DNA from: Squalus acanthias
Taxonomy: Eukaryota
DNA: 64,000 nucleotides
Assembly: GCA_030390025.1 (NCBI GenBank)
Contig: CM059432.1
Location: 31,374,001 to 31,438,000, forward strand
Direction: 5' to 3'
The translations under genes were made by a program, and so were the position numbers. Shown here piece after piece: positions 38,080-50,730 of the stretch; within the stretch, counting starts at the first letter, position 1; each line of letters opens with the position of its first letter. The notes below the pieces were generated by a model. The model had not been told where the DNA came from, searched no databases, and worked only from the letters and a program-made list of their open reading frames with translations.

Positions 38080-41000
38080 CACTGGACTAGTGATCTAGTG
38101 GCTAGTGGATCGCGAGTGGAGCTCGGGGCCAGGGATCGCAAGAATATCAGTGCTAATTTGATCCTGTGAGAGACAACATCATTCATGTCCGAGGCCGGGA
38201 TCCAGGAGCGAGGACGAGCCCAGCAGCGAGGTCAAGGCCCAGGAGTGGCGCAGTGTGGACCAGCAGTGGGGTCGGGGCCCAGGGAAGGTGCAGCACAGGC
38301 CAACAGCGAGGTCAGGAGGACCACAATGCATCCTACAAAACCCAGGCAGAGAGGACCAGCGGGACAGAGGGAGGAGGACAGTAGCATTATGTTTGTGTGT
38401 GTGTGCTAGGCCGTTGTAGCAGAGCCTGGTCTCCAATCGTCTTGGATCCCCTTGCCATTGGACCAAGACCTTGCTCTGTCAAGCCCGTGTGGTAGCTGGT
38501 GTGCAACGGCCACCCCACGTTAAAAGAATTCACGCACAGGCATCTTCCACCCTTTAAAATGAAAGTTCGGGACCTGGAACGTCAGGACCCCTCATGGAGC
38601 AACCCAACAGTGACAGACCGAACGCCGTACTGCTATCGTTGCCGGGAGCTCAGACGTTTCGACATAGACACGCCGCCCTAGCGAGACCCGCGGGCAGGGG
38701 AAGGCAGCTCATGAGCAAGGTGGTGGCTACACCTCTTCCTGGAAAGGCAAACCCCTGAAGAGGAACGCCGCTTTCCGTGGGGTAGGCTTCGCCATAAAAA
38801 ATGAACTTAGTTTGGGCGTCTCAGGGACTCGCCTAGCGGTATAAACGAGCGCCTATGACTCTCGGCGCACCTAGCCCGGAACCAGTGCACTACAGTCTCA
38901 GTGCGTACGCCCCAATACAGGAAGCCACAGACGAGACCAAGAGGAATTCTACTCCAGCCTCCGAAACAATCCCTGTCCGAGTCCAACGGGCGACAAAGCT
39001 GATCGTCTTGGTGACTTTAACGCCAGAGTTGGAAGGACACAGGACCTCTGGGAGGTGTGATCGGCAGAGAGGGTGTAGGGAAAGCCAACTCCAACGGTAC
39101 CCTCCTCCTGTCGAAATGCTTAGAACATGGCCTTGTCATAACCAACACCTTGTTCCATCAGAGAGACAAGTACAAGGCTTCATGGCAACACCTTCGCTCC
39201 AAGAACTGGTATCTGCTGGACTACGTCATCATCCGAGCGAGGGACCACAAGGACGTCCGCATCACCCGCGCCATGACAGGATCTGACGACTGCTGAACAG
39301 TCCACCGTCTAATCCGCTCTGTCATCTCCATCAATGTAGCCCCAAAACAGCGGTGACAACAGAAACAATGCCGCAGGAAAATCAACACTGGAGCACTCAA
39401 AGACCCCGCTAAGAAAGCCCTATTCAGCCTGCGCCTCACAACCAACCTGACGACTCCCAGTGATGCAGAGACACAGAGTGCCCACAGCGCCTGGTCTGCA
39501 CTCAAGGCCTCCATAATCAGCACCTGTGAAGAGACGCTCGGTCACTTGATCAGGAAACACCAAGACTGGTTCGACAAGAACGACCAGGAGATCCAGGAGC
39601 TAATAAGCCGCAAGCGCAAGGCATTCCTGATCTAGAAACAGCAACAGAACTCGAGAGCAAGAAAGCAGCTCTACAGACGCCTGAAGGCCGAGGTCCAACA
39701 AAAAACTCGCGACCTAAAGAACAGATGGTGGGTGGAGAAAGCGCAGGAGATCCAGCAGCTAGCCGACAACCACGATGTGCGTTGATTCTTTAGCGCAGTC
39801 AAGACCATCTACAGCCCAAGCACCCAAGGTCCTATCCCACTGCGGGCCAAGAACGGAGAGGTACTCATCAAGGACAGAGAGGCAGTCAGTGCCCGCTGGA
39901 AGGAGAACTTCGAAGATCTCCTTAACCTAGACTCTGTCTTCGACATGAGTGTCCTCAACTCCATCCCGCAGCATGCTACCCGCCACCATCTCAGCACAAC
40001 CCCAGCCCGGCATGAGGTTGAAAAGGCCATCTGACAACTGAAGAACAACAAGGCCTCAGGAGCAGATGGAATCCCTGCCGAGGCGCTAAAACATGGCGGA
40101 GGAGCACTACTGGCACGAATACATGAACTCATTTCTCTTATCTGAAAGGAGGAGAGCATGCCAGGGGGTCGCAGAGACGCCGTAATTGTGACCATCTTCA
40201 AGAAAGGTGACAAGTCCGATTGTGGTAATTACAGAGGAGTTTCCCTGCTGTCTGCCACAGGGAAAGTCATCGCAAGAATCCTCCTCAATCGCCTTCTCCC
40301 AGTGGCCGAAGAGCTCCTCCCAGAGTTGCAAAGCAGATTCCGCCCACTAAGGGGCACAATGGACATGATCTTCACCGCACGTCAATTACAAGAGAAATGC
40401 AGGCAACAGCACCAACCGCTGTACATGGCCTTCTTTGATCTCACAAAGGCCTTCGACACTGTCAACCGTGAGCGATTATAGAGTGTCCTCCTCAAATTCG
40501 GCTGCCCTCAAAAGTTTGTCACCATCCTCCGCCTGCTTCACGACGACATGCCAGCCATGATCCTGACCAATGGATCCACCACAGACCCAATTCATGTACG
40601 GACCGGGGTCAAGCAAGGCTGTGTCATCGCACCAACGCTCTTCTCGATCTTCCTTGCTGCAATGCTCCATCTCACGCTCAGTAAGCTCCCCGCTGGAGTG
40701 GAGCTAATTTACAGAACAAACGGGAAACTGTTCAACCTCCGTCGCCTCCAGTTCAGATCCAAGGTCGTCCCATCCTCAGTTGTCAAATTACAGTATGCAG
40801 ACGACGCTTGTGACTGCGCTCACTCGGAGGTCGAACTCCAAACCATCGTCAACACCTTCACCGAAGCATACGAGAGCATGGGCCTTACACTAAACATCCA
40901 TAAGACAAAGGTCCTCTACCAACCTGCCCCCGCCACACTGTACAAGGCCTTGGACAACATGGACCACTTTCCATACCTTGGGAGCCTACTGTCAACAAGG

Positions 41001-41770
41001 GCAGACGTCGATGATGAAGTCCAACACCGCCTTCAGTGTGCCAGTGCAGCCTTCGGTCGCCTGAGGAAGAGAGTGTTTGAAGGCCAGGACCTCAAACCAA
41101 GCACTAAGCTCATGGTCTACAGAGCAGCAGTGATACCCGCCCTGCTGTATGCCTCAGAGACATGGATCATGTACAGCAGGCACCTCAAAGCACTGGAGAG
41201 GTACCACCAACGCTGCCTCCGCAAGATCCTGCAAATCCATTGGCAGGATAGGCGCACCAACGTCAGTGTTCTCGCTCAGGCCAACATCCCCAGCATCGAA
41301 GCTTTGACCACGCTCGATCAGCTACGATGGACGGGCCACATCGTCCACATGCCCGATACAAGACTCCCAAAGCAAGCGCTCTATTCGGAGCTCCGACACG
41401 GCAAGAGAGCCCCAGGTGGGCAGAGGAAACGCTTCAAGGACACCCTCAAAGCCTCCTTGAAAAAGTGCAACATCCCCACTGACACCTGGGAATCCCTGGC
41501 CCAAGACCGCACAAAGTGGAGGAAAAGCATCCGGGAAGGCGCCAAACACCTCGAGTCTCTTCGCCGGGAGCAAGCGGAAGCCAAGCGCAAACAGCGGTTG
41601 GAGCGCACGTCAACACAAGCACCCCACCCACCCGCCCCTTCAACCACCGTCTGCCCCACCTGTGACAGAGACTGTAGGTCCCGCATTGGACTCGTCAGTC
41701 ACCTGAGAACTCATTTTTAATGTGGAAGCAAGTCATCCTCGGTTCCGAGGGACTGCCTAAGAAGAAGAAG
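38080..41770 (+). mobile_element. RTE-clade LINE, near full length, with disrupted EN-RT ORF (about 38559-41720)
   Basis: GTWNVRT, PERRTAIV, NSNGTLLL...TNTLF, YRGVSLLS, FFDLTKAFDTV, GVKQGCVIAP, QYADD, C-terminal C2H2 finger, (AAG)n tail; many stops and frameshifts; 5' boundary approximate. Confidence 0.95.
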
Positions 41771-42700
41771 TACCAACGCCCACAAAATTGACATGGAGGT
41801 TTGCGGCGGCGGTAACCACTAGCGCCACGATCTCCTGCGCCCAGGGATCGTGATGTCATCTGGCTGCGCAGCGACCCGGATCCAAACTTCAGTTCCGTCT
41901 CCTGCAGCATCACCAGGCGATAACACCGACAGCTGCAGGAGGCGTTTTTAGGGAGGAAGGCCGCTTGTGTCAATGAAAAATTTATTTTCACCCTTTAGGT
42001 TGTTTTTTCAACTTCTTTCCTGTGCCGCCATTGATCAGTGAATCTGACACGAACTTCGGGTTTAGCGCTCCAGGAAGGAAGCGCTACCACTTCCCTTGGA
42101 GCGCTAAAGTTCAGCAAGAGGGGTGGTAGCGGTGCAGCGCTGCCCAATGTCGAGGGCAGTGCTGCCAGGAACGGAAGCTCCTTCCCTCCTTTAAAGGGAA
42201 GGGCCATCGCTGCAGGCTCTGCATTAAATCGATGTCCCTCGTCGCCGACGGCAGCCACGATCCGCGACGATCAGCCCCAAGCACTCTAACACAGTGCAGG
42301 GCTGATCAATGGCGGCACAGGAAAAAGTTGAAAAAAACAACCTAGGGGTGAAAACAAATTTTTCATTGACACAAGCGGCCTTACCTTTAAATACCACTTC
42401 CCAAGCGGCCGGCCTCCCTAACAACGCCTCCTGCAGCTGTCAGTGTTATTGCCCAGTGATGCTGCAGGGGGCGGAACCGAAGTTCGGATCCAGGGCGCTA
42501 CCAGGGCGCTGCGCAGCATGATGACATCACGATCTCTGGGTGCAGGAGATCGTGGCGCTAGCGGTTACCACCGCCGCAAACCTCCACGTCAATTTCGCGG
42601 GTGTCAGTACTATCGCCGCGCCTGGTCGCAAAGCTGGTAGTGCTCCATTATCGCCCCTGGAGGCGCTAACGGGAGGCACAAAGGAGGCAAATTTCTAGCC
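41771..42700. mobile_element. Palindromic Harbinger-type MITE missing its left terminus
   Basis: Imperfect inverted arms 41771-42039 and 42300-42610; right end GGAGGCAAATTTCTAGCCC. Confidence 0.85.
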
Positions 42701-43359
42701 CTTAAGGTCTAAAAAAAAAGGACTTTCTATGCCCAATTTAGTTTTTAAAAAAGACACAAAATGGACTCTTGGGTCAAAGAATGAATGGGTGGCAACTCAC
42801 AGTAACTAGACAGCAATCATATAAGATGCCCACCCCTTGATTTTGGTTTAATTATCCCCACAATCTACATGGCGAGAGTTCAAAGTTTCATCTAACACTT
42901 CCACCTTTACAAATGCTTCCTTTTAGCCCACATTAATCAAACAGGACCCAAACCATGCATTTGTTCAACTTCCATTTGCGACTATATATATGGCTGACTA
43001 GAACATTTATTGGAAAGTCTTCATTGCTTTCTTAAATAGACATTTCTAATTGCAGACTAATTGAACCATTAAAGACTCATGTGTAATAGGACCAGTGCAT
43101 TTATAAAGGTTAAAAAGGTTATTTTCATTGTTTGTTCTGAATGAACATAAAATAGGTTAATCGGTAACTGCCTGTAGTGGGTGGCTGATTTATGCAAGCC
43201 AGTGTCTTTATTAGGATTTTTAAATCGAATCGGATTCAGTTAGGAGAGTCTTGTTACTCAGTCTATTCTATTTCAATCTGACAAGTTACCAACCAGTAGA
43301 AAGTATACCTTATATGTCTCTCTCCTGATCTATACTGGAGGATATAGTCATTGATATTT

Positions 43360-44210
43360 ACAGCACAGAAGAAGGCCATTTGCAAGGGCGACCCAAAACT
43401 AATCCCACTGACCTATGCTCTCCCCTTACGCCTGTATCTTCCTCTGCTTTAAATGTAACGACACTTCTCTTAAAATGTACAATTGTGTCTGTTTCAACTA
43501 TTCCCTATACCAAAGCATTTCATGCTCTAATTCTCTGCATAAAGAAATTTCTCCTAGCCTCTCTCATCACTCTCTCAGTGATAAATTTAAATAGGAACAT
43601 AGTAACACAGGAACACTAGTAAACCATTCAGCCCCTTGAGCCTGTTCCACCATTCAATTGTTTCAATTGTATCTCAACTCTATGTACCAGCCTTGGTTCC
43701 ATATCCCTTAATACCGTTACCTAACAAAAATCTATCAATCTTGTTTTGAAATTTTCGATTGACCTAGTCTCAACAGCTTTTCAGGGGAGAGAGTTCCAGA
43801 TTATCGTTACACTTTGTGTGAAGAAGTGCTTTCTAACAAGCTGGGAGGAGGCTAATGTGGAGCACAAATACCGGCATAGACCTATTGCGCAAAATGGCCT
43901 GTTTCTATGCTGTAAATTCTTTATAATCACCCCTTAAAGGTTATGCCCCACTTGTTCTGGAGCCCCTACCATCAATTAATCATCTTAAACACCTCAATCA
44001 GATCGCTCCTTAATCTTCTATGCTCAAGGGAATACAAGCCACATCTATGCAACCTGCCCTCATAATTTAACCCTTTTAAGAACGTAAGAACATAAGAAAT
44101 AGGAGCAGGAGTAGGCCATACAGCCTTTCGAGCCTGCTCCGTCATTCAATAAGATCATGGCTGATCTTCAATTCAACTCCACTCTCCCGCCCAATCCCCA
44201 TATCCCTGGT
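43360..44210 (-). mobile_element. Cluster of short CR1 3' fragments (one small + tail at about 43838-43925)
   Basis: Several CR1 tails (ACAGCACAGAAGAAGGCCATT; AAGAACATAAGAAATAGGAGCAGGAG). Confidence 0.8.
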
Positions 44211-44411
44211 CAATGTCCCTTCTTCTCTGATTGGCTAACCAGAGAAAATAGGATCTCAGAGCACCTTTTCTGTCCAACCTCCGATGTTGCAAACAAAGCT
44301 GCTTTGTCGGGTGTGGTGTAATTGGAAGGTTTGCCTGCATATTTAGGGACACGGCCAGCACAGACAATCTGGGAACTTCCTGCGAGATAGTATTAGGATG
44401 TTGATATTGTA

Positions 44412-46375
44412 TTAAGAATATAAGAAATAGGAGCAGGAGTAGGCCATATGGCCCTTCGAGCCTGCTCCGCCATTCAATAAGATCATGGTTGATCTTCTAC
44501 CTCCTCTCCACTTTCCTGAACTATCCCCATATCCCTTGATCCCCTTAATATTCAAAAAGCTATCGATCTCTGTCTTGAATATACTCAACGACTGAGCCTC
44601 CACAGCCTTCTGGGGTAGAGAATTCCAAAGATTCACCACCCTCTGAGTGAAGAAATTTAACATAGAAACATAGAAACATAGAAGATAGGAGCAGGAGTAG
44701 GCCATTCGGCCCCTCGAGCCTGTTCCGCCATTCAATTAGATCATGGCTGGTCATCCACATTCAGTACCCTGTCCCTGCTTTCTCCCCATATCCCTTGATC
44801 CCTTTAGCCTTAAGAAATATATCTAACACCTTCTTGAATATATTTAATGTATTGGCCTCAACTGCCTTCTGTGGTAGAGAATTCCACAGGTTCACCATTC
44901 TCTGGGTGAAGAAATTCCTCCTTATCTCAGTCCTAAATGGCTTACCCCTTATCCTTAGACTGTGACCCCTGGTTCTGGACTCCCCCGCCATCGGGAACAT
45001 CCTTCCTGCATCTAGTCTGTCTAGTCCTGTTAGAATTTTATAAGTTTCAATGAGATCCCCTCTCATTCTTCTAAACTCTAGCGAATATACGCCTAATCGA
45101 CCCAATCTCTCTTCATACGTCATTCCTGCCATCCCAGGTATCAGTCTGGTCAATCTTCGCTGCACTCCCTCCATAGCAAGAACATCCTTCCTCAGATAAG
45201 GCGACCAAAACTGCACACAATACTCAAGGTGTGGTCTCACCAAGGCCCTGTACAACTGCAGCAAGACATCCTTGCTACTGTATTCGAATCCTCTCGCTAT
45301 GAAGGCCAACATACCATTTGCCTTCTTAACCGCCTGCTGCACCTGCATGCTTACCTTCAGCGACTGGTGCACAAGGACACCCAGGTCTCGTTGCACTTCC
45401 CCTTTTCCCAATCTATTGCCGTTCAGATAATAATCTGTCCTCCTGTATTTGCCACCGAAGTGGATAACCTCGCATTTATCCACATTATACTGCATCTGCC
45501 ATGCATCTGCCCAATCTCTGCATCCTTCTCACTGCACACACGCCCACCCAGCTTTGTGTTGTCTGCAAACTTGGAGATATTACATCTAGTTCCCTCGTCT
45601 AGATCATTAATATTTATCCTCATCTCAGTCCTAAATGGCCGACCCCTTATTCTGAGACTGTGACCCATGGTTCTGGACTCCCTAGCCAGGGGAAACATCT
45701 TCCCTGCATCTACCCTGTCAAGCCCTGTAAGAATTTTGTATGTTTCAATGAGATCACCTCTCATTCTTCTAAACTCTAGAGAATATAGGCCTAGTCTACT
45801 CAATCTGTCCTCATAGGACAATCCCCCATCCCAGGAACCAGTCTGCTGAACCATCGTTGCACTCACTCTATGGCAAGTATATCCTTCCTTAGGTAAGGAG
45901 ACCAAAACTGTACACAAAACTCCAGGTGTAAGAAGTCTTTACTCTTAAACTCAAATTCTCTTGTAATAAAGGCCATCATACCATTTGCTTTCTGTACCTG
46001 CATGTTAACTTTCAGTGATGTACTAGGACACCCAGCTCCCTCTGAACACCAACATTTCCCAATCTCTCACCATTTAAAAAATACTCTGCTTTTCAATTTT
46101 TCCTACCAAAGTGGATAACCTCATATTTCTCCACATTATATTGCATTTGCCATGTTCTTGCCCACTCACTTAGCCTGTCTATATCCCCTTGAAGCCTCCT
46201 TGCATCCTCCTCACAACTTACATTCCCACCCAGCTTTGTATCATCAGCAAATTGGATATATTACATTTGGTCCCCTCATCCAAATCATTGATGTAGATTG
46301 TGAATAGCTGAGGCCCAAGCACTGATCTGGTTACAGCCTGCCAACCTGAAAATGACCCGTTTATTCCTACCCTCT
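44412..46375 (-). mobile_element. CR1 (44412-44658 and 45617-46375) with a nested CR1 of the A subfamily (44659-45616)
   Basis: The outer copy breaks at GAAGAAATTT and resumes at CCTCATCTCAG; the inner copy has its own (AACATAG)n tail and the 244-aa ORF 44761-45495. Confidence 0.9.
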
Positions 46376-46459
46376 GTGTTATTCTTATATTGTTGTTAGG
46401 ATTCTGAATAATTCTCAGCATCAAATGAGAAATATCATGGTTGAAGGTACACATGCTTT

Positions 46460-46650
46460 GTTCTCTATCTATATATGCTTTGGCGATTCTGTCTCTATTT
46501 ACTTCACCTGAGGAAGGGGCAATCGATAGCTCCGAAAGCTTGTGATTTCAAATAAAACTGTTGGACTATAACCTGGTGTTGTGCGACCTCTCAATTTTGT
46601 CCACCCCAGTCCAACACCGGCATCTCCGCATCATGACCACTATCGACACT
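46460..46650 (+). mobile_element. Penelope-like pseudo-LTR fragment (a second family)
   Basis: TATATA, hammerhead motif, then AATAAA-ACTGTTGGACTATAACCTGGTGTTG, the layout typical of vertebrate PLE terminal repeats. Confidence 0.7.
46504..46545 (+). ncRNA. Minimal type I hammerhead ribozyme motif
   Basis: TCAC-CTGAGGA-A-GGGGC-AATCGATA-GCTCC-GAAA-GCTT-GTGA: intact core, stem I TCAC/GTGA, stem II, palindromic AAGCTT stem III. Confidence 0.8.
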
Positions 46651-46654
46651 TCAA

Positions 46655-47340
46655 AACAGAGAGCAGAGAGTAGGGGTAAAGGGTAGTTATTCACAGTGGC
46701 AGAAGTGGTGTTCCACAAGGATCAGTGCTGGGACCACTGTTGTTCACAATTTACATTAACGATTCAGACTTTGGAATCAAAAACACAATTTCCAAATTTG
46801 CGGATGACACCAAATTAGGGGTATAGTCAATACTGAGGAGGACTGCTACAAATTACAGGAGGACATTAATAAACTTGTAGAATGGGCATATAATTGGCAA
46901 ATGAAGTTCAACACATAAATGTGAGGTATTACATTTTTATAGGAAGAATAGGGAGGTCACTTATTACTTGGAGGGTGCGAGTATAGGTGGGGTAGAGGAA
47001 CAAAGGGATCTCAGAGTACAAATACACACATCACTAAAAGTTGCGACACAGGTTAGCAAGGCCATAAAAAAAGCAAACCAAGCACTAGGGTTTCTTTCTA
47101 GAGGGATAGAATTAAAAAGTAGGGAAGTTATGCTAAACCTGTATTGAACCTTGGTTAGACCACACTTAGCGTACTGAGTACAGTTCTGGTCCCCATATTA
47201 TAAAAAGGATATAGAGGCACTGGAGAGGGTGCAGAGAAGATTTACAAAGATGATACCAGAAATGCGAGGGTATACATATCAGGAAAGGATGGACAGGCTG
47301 GGTCTCTTTTCTCTTGAAAAAAGAAGGCTGAGGGGTGAAG
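46655..47340 (+). mobile_element. CR1 RT fragment
   Basis: DNA for [29 protein letters not shown] and LGLFSLEKRRLRG. Confidence 0.9.
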
Positions 47341-47475
47341 GTTCATCTGAAAGATGGTACCTTCAACAGTGCCCTCAGTACTGCACTGAAGTGTCAGCCT
47401 AGATTTTGTGCTCAAGTCTCTGGAGTGGGACTTGAGCCCACCACCTTCTGAATCAGAGGCGAGAGTGCCATGTCT
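47341..47475 (-). mobile_element. DeuSINE 5' fragment
   Basis: Matches 54960-55095. Confidence 0.8.
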
Positions 47476-47509
47476 CAGTGGATACTCCTGAGCCAGAGAG
47501 TGTGGTTAG

Positions 47510-48143
47510 ACATAAGAACATAAGAACATAAGAAATAGGAGCAGGAGTAGGCCAATTGGCCCCTCGAGCCTGCTCCGCCATTCAATAAGATCATGGCTGA
47601 TCTGATCCTAACCGCCAATCTACTATCACAGAACCATCTCCTGAACCTAACAGAATTGGACACACGAAATAGGAGCAGGATCAGGCTACACGGCCCCTGG
47701 GCCCGCTACGCTACCCACAGGACCATGACCGATCCGAACCTAGACTCATGTCCAAATTCCTGCCCGCTCCCCGTAACCCTTAATTCCCTTTACTTCTAGG
47801 AAACTGTCTATTTCTGTTTTAAATTTATGTAATGATGTAGCTTCTACAGCTTTTTGGGGCAGCATATTCCACGGACCTACCACCCTCTGAGTGAAGTAGT
47901 TCCTTCTCATCTCAGTTTTGAAAGAGCAGCCCCTTATTCTAAGACTATGCCCCCTAGTTCTAGTTTCACCCATCATCGGGAACATCCTCCCCGCATCCAC
48001 CCGATCCAACCCCTTCACAATCTTATATGTTTCAATAAGATCGCCTCTCATTCTTCTGAACTCCAATGAGTAGAGTCCCAATCTACCCAACCTCTCCTCA
48101 TATGTCCATCCCCTCATCCCCGGGATTAACCGAGTGAACCTTC
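47510..48143 (-). mobile_element. CR1 3' fragment with a doubled tail
   Basis: RRFTRLIPGMRGWTYEERLGRLGLYSLEFRRMRGDL; (ACATAAGA)n tail. Confidence 0.9.
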
Positions 48144-48240
48144 TAAGCCAACTGCACCAGATTGTATTCAAATCTATAAGATACCATTGGAATCCTGTAA
48201 ACTACAGTGTATTATTCAAGCAGTTTGATAGACACCTCTG

Positions 48241-48885
48241 GGCCTATAGATTTGGCCTACTAAGCCCCCAATATGGCAACAGGAAGCGTGCGCGCATTCC
48301 CACCCACCCTACTGGGAAGAGAGGTTGTTCTGGTGGCAGGTGAGCATGCCACTAACATTGAATATGAAGAATAATTTATGTAAATTAGGGGCCTGCGCTT
48401 CTTGCAGGACCTGTTTTTGATTTTCGATCACCCCAGCGCTTCACTCGCCACGTGCTGAACTCGTACACAAAACATGGCCGTGACCGGCAGGAAGGCCCCC
48501 ACATGTAACTGAATCTGAAGCCATGAGGAGCAGGAGTGCTCCTCCCAAGCACACATTAAAAGGACACGGGCCCCCCTCCCCCAGTCCCCTCCACCCCGGC
48601 CATCGCGACCTCCCTCTCCCAAGCAATGCTACCCACCCACCCCCACTCCAGCCAACGATCACCCACAACTCCCAGCCAACAATCGCTAACCCCCTCTTTG
48701 GCCTGAGGCCCAATCACCCACTCTTCCTCACTTACCTGAAGGCCACTGCAATGCCAGATCATCATTGACGAGTCGCTGGCAGCTCTGCACCGCTCGCTGG
48801 CTCCATTCAAATGAGGCCCAAGGCCCAAATTTGGGCGGGATTGTACCCGTGAGCTCAAGAATGGGCACGTCTGAATTTTTACCCC
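48241..48885. mobile_element. Harbinger-type MITE
   Basis: Right end GAATTTTTACCCC; degenerate left end GGCCTATAGATTT; CTG on both flanks. Confidence 0.65.
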
Positions 48886-49489
48886 CTGGTGTTCCTGGAA
48901 GGTGCTACCAAAAATATATTGGCTGCTTAAAAGCGCATTCTTTCATCAGAACAATCCAAGGCAGCACTTGAGCCTAAGATTTCTGGAACAAAGAGAAATG
49001 TCTAAGCCAACTGCAGCACCTGGCTTCCTAGCAGAGATCCAAAATGCACTAATGTGAGGTGACTCACTTTATCTTCATAAACTATATTCTGCAACACTGC
49101 AGAAGGAATATGCTGTTTCTGGGTAGTTCATACTGTATAGAACTTCCCAGCCTCCAAAGAGGGGGAATTCATATGGATTTGTGGTGGCAGGGAAGCGGGG
49201 ATGGTCAGAATTTAGCGGGGGGGAGACTCGGATCCTTTCTGCCCCATGTTGTTACCCTGAGAATGGCAATGGTTGGGGTGAGGGGAGTTGGTGCATCTTC
49301 TGCCCATGCTCCCCACATCCAACGAGCATTTTTGAGGCATATCTTAAGCGTTCCTGGGTTACGCCAGGAATTCCACCCAATGCGAGCCCTCTTCCAGCCA
49401 GCAGTTCCCATATTTGATGATGGTGTGAAGGTGTAAGTCTGGAAAGGTAACTGATCCCAAAGGGGTCAATTACCTTCAAACTGCTGGGA

Positions 49490-50175
49490 GTCCGAGTTCA
49501 CAAATCATTTAAAGCTAGTAAACAGTCGGACAAGCAATCAAAAAAGCTAAAAAAAAGGAATGTTGCCATTTATCTCAAGAGGGCTGGAATACAAAGAGGA
49601 TTAAGTTACGCTTCAGTTGTATAGAGCCTTGATCAGACCCCATCTGGAGTACGGCGTTCAGTTTCGGGCACCGGGCCTCAGCAAGGATATATTGGCCTTG
49701 GAGGGGATGCAGCACAGATTCACCAGAATATCAGGGATTAAAGGGTTAAATTATGAGGACAGGTTGCATAAACTTAGCTTGTATTCCTTTGAGTATAGAA
49801 GATTGAGGGGTGAACTGATTGAGGTGTTTAAAATGTTGAAAGGATTTGATAGGATAGATCGAGAGAAACTATTACTTCTGGTTAGGGATTCAAGAGTGAG
49901 GGGGCAAAATCTTAAAATTAGGGCTGGGACATTTAGGAGGGAAATCAGGAAGCACTTTTTCACACAAAGAGTAGTATAAATCTGGAACTCTCCTCAAAAG
50001 GTTGTGGATGCTGGGTGAATTGGAGCTTTCACGACTGAGATCAACAGATTTTTGTTAGATAATGGTATCAAGGGACTTGGAGCAAAGGCAGAAAATGGAG
50101 TTGAGGTACAGATCAGCCATGATCTAATTGAATGGTAGAGCAGGCTCGAGGAACTCCTGTTCCTATGTTCTTATG
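49490..50175 (+). mobile_element. CR1 3' fragment
   Basis: YRALIRPHLEYGVQF...FFTQRVV plus tail. Confidence 0.9.
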
Positions 50176-50484
50176 CTGATCAAAGATTTGCTGCAGGGAT
50201 GAAAATCATTTTTACCTCTTACCTCTTTCGTCCAATAAGGGCCCAGGGCTACTCTTGTAAGCAGCCAGGTGCCACTCCAGGATTCCGCCAGCACAACAAG
50301 GCAGACACCTCTGTTGCAACCTTTACAAGTGCGGATCACCTGCCCCAATTATTCAAATGAGTCCATCCCCACAATTTAGGGAAGAGTCATGATTGAGGCC
50401 AAAGCAATGGCATAACTTCCACTCTGTCACTCTTCCACCACCCTGAACTGAATCTCAGAAATTCTAGGCTATGATATCAAGCTC

Positions 50485-50705
50485 TTCGAAATGGTGCCAT
50501 GCGATCTTTTATCTCCACCTGAGAGGGCAGACGGGGCATCAGTTTAACATCTCATCCAAAAGATGGCACGTCCAACAGTGCTGCACTCCCTCAGTACTGC
50601 ACTGGAGTGTCAACCTAGATTTTGTGCTCAAGTCTCTTGAGTAGGACTTGAACCCACAACCCTGTGTCACAGAGGCAAGCGTGCAATCACTGAGCCATGG
50701 CTGAA
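50485..50705 (-). mobile_element. DeuSINE 5' half
   Basis: Matches 54895-55116. Confidence 0.85.
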
Positions 50706-50730
50706 ACCATATCGAAAGTAGGGTTTAGAA

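Noticed and set aside
48142..49015. 15-bp direct repeat TCTAAGCCAACTGCA
   Set aside because: No coherent element lies between the copies and one abuts a CR1 truncation; I cannot distinguish it from chance or a local duplication.
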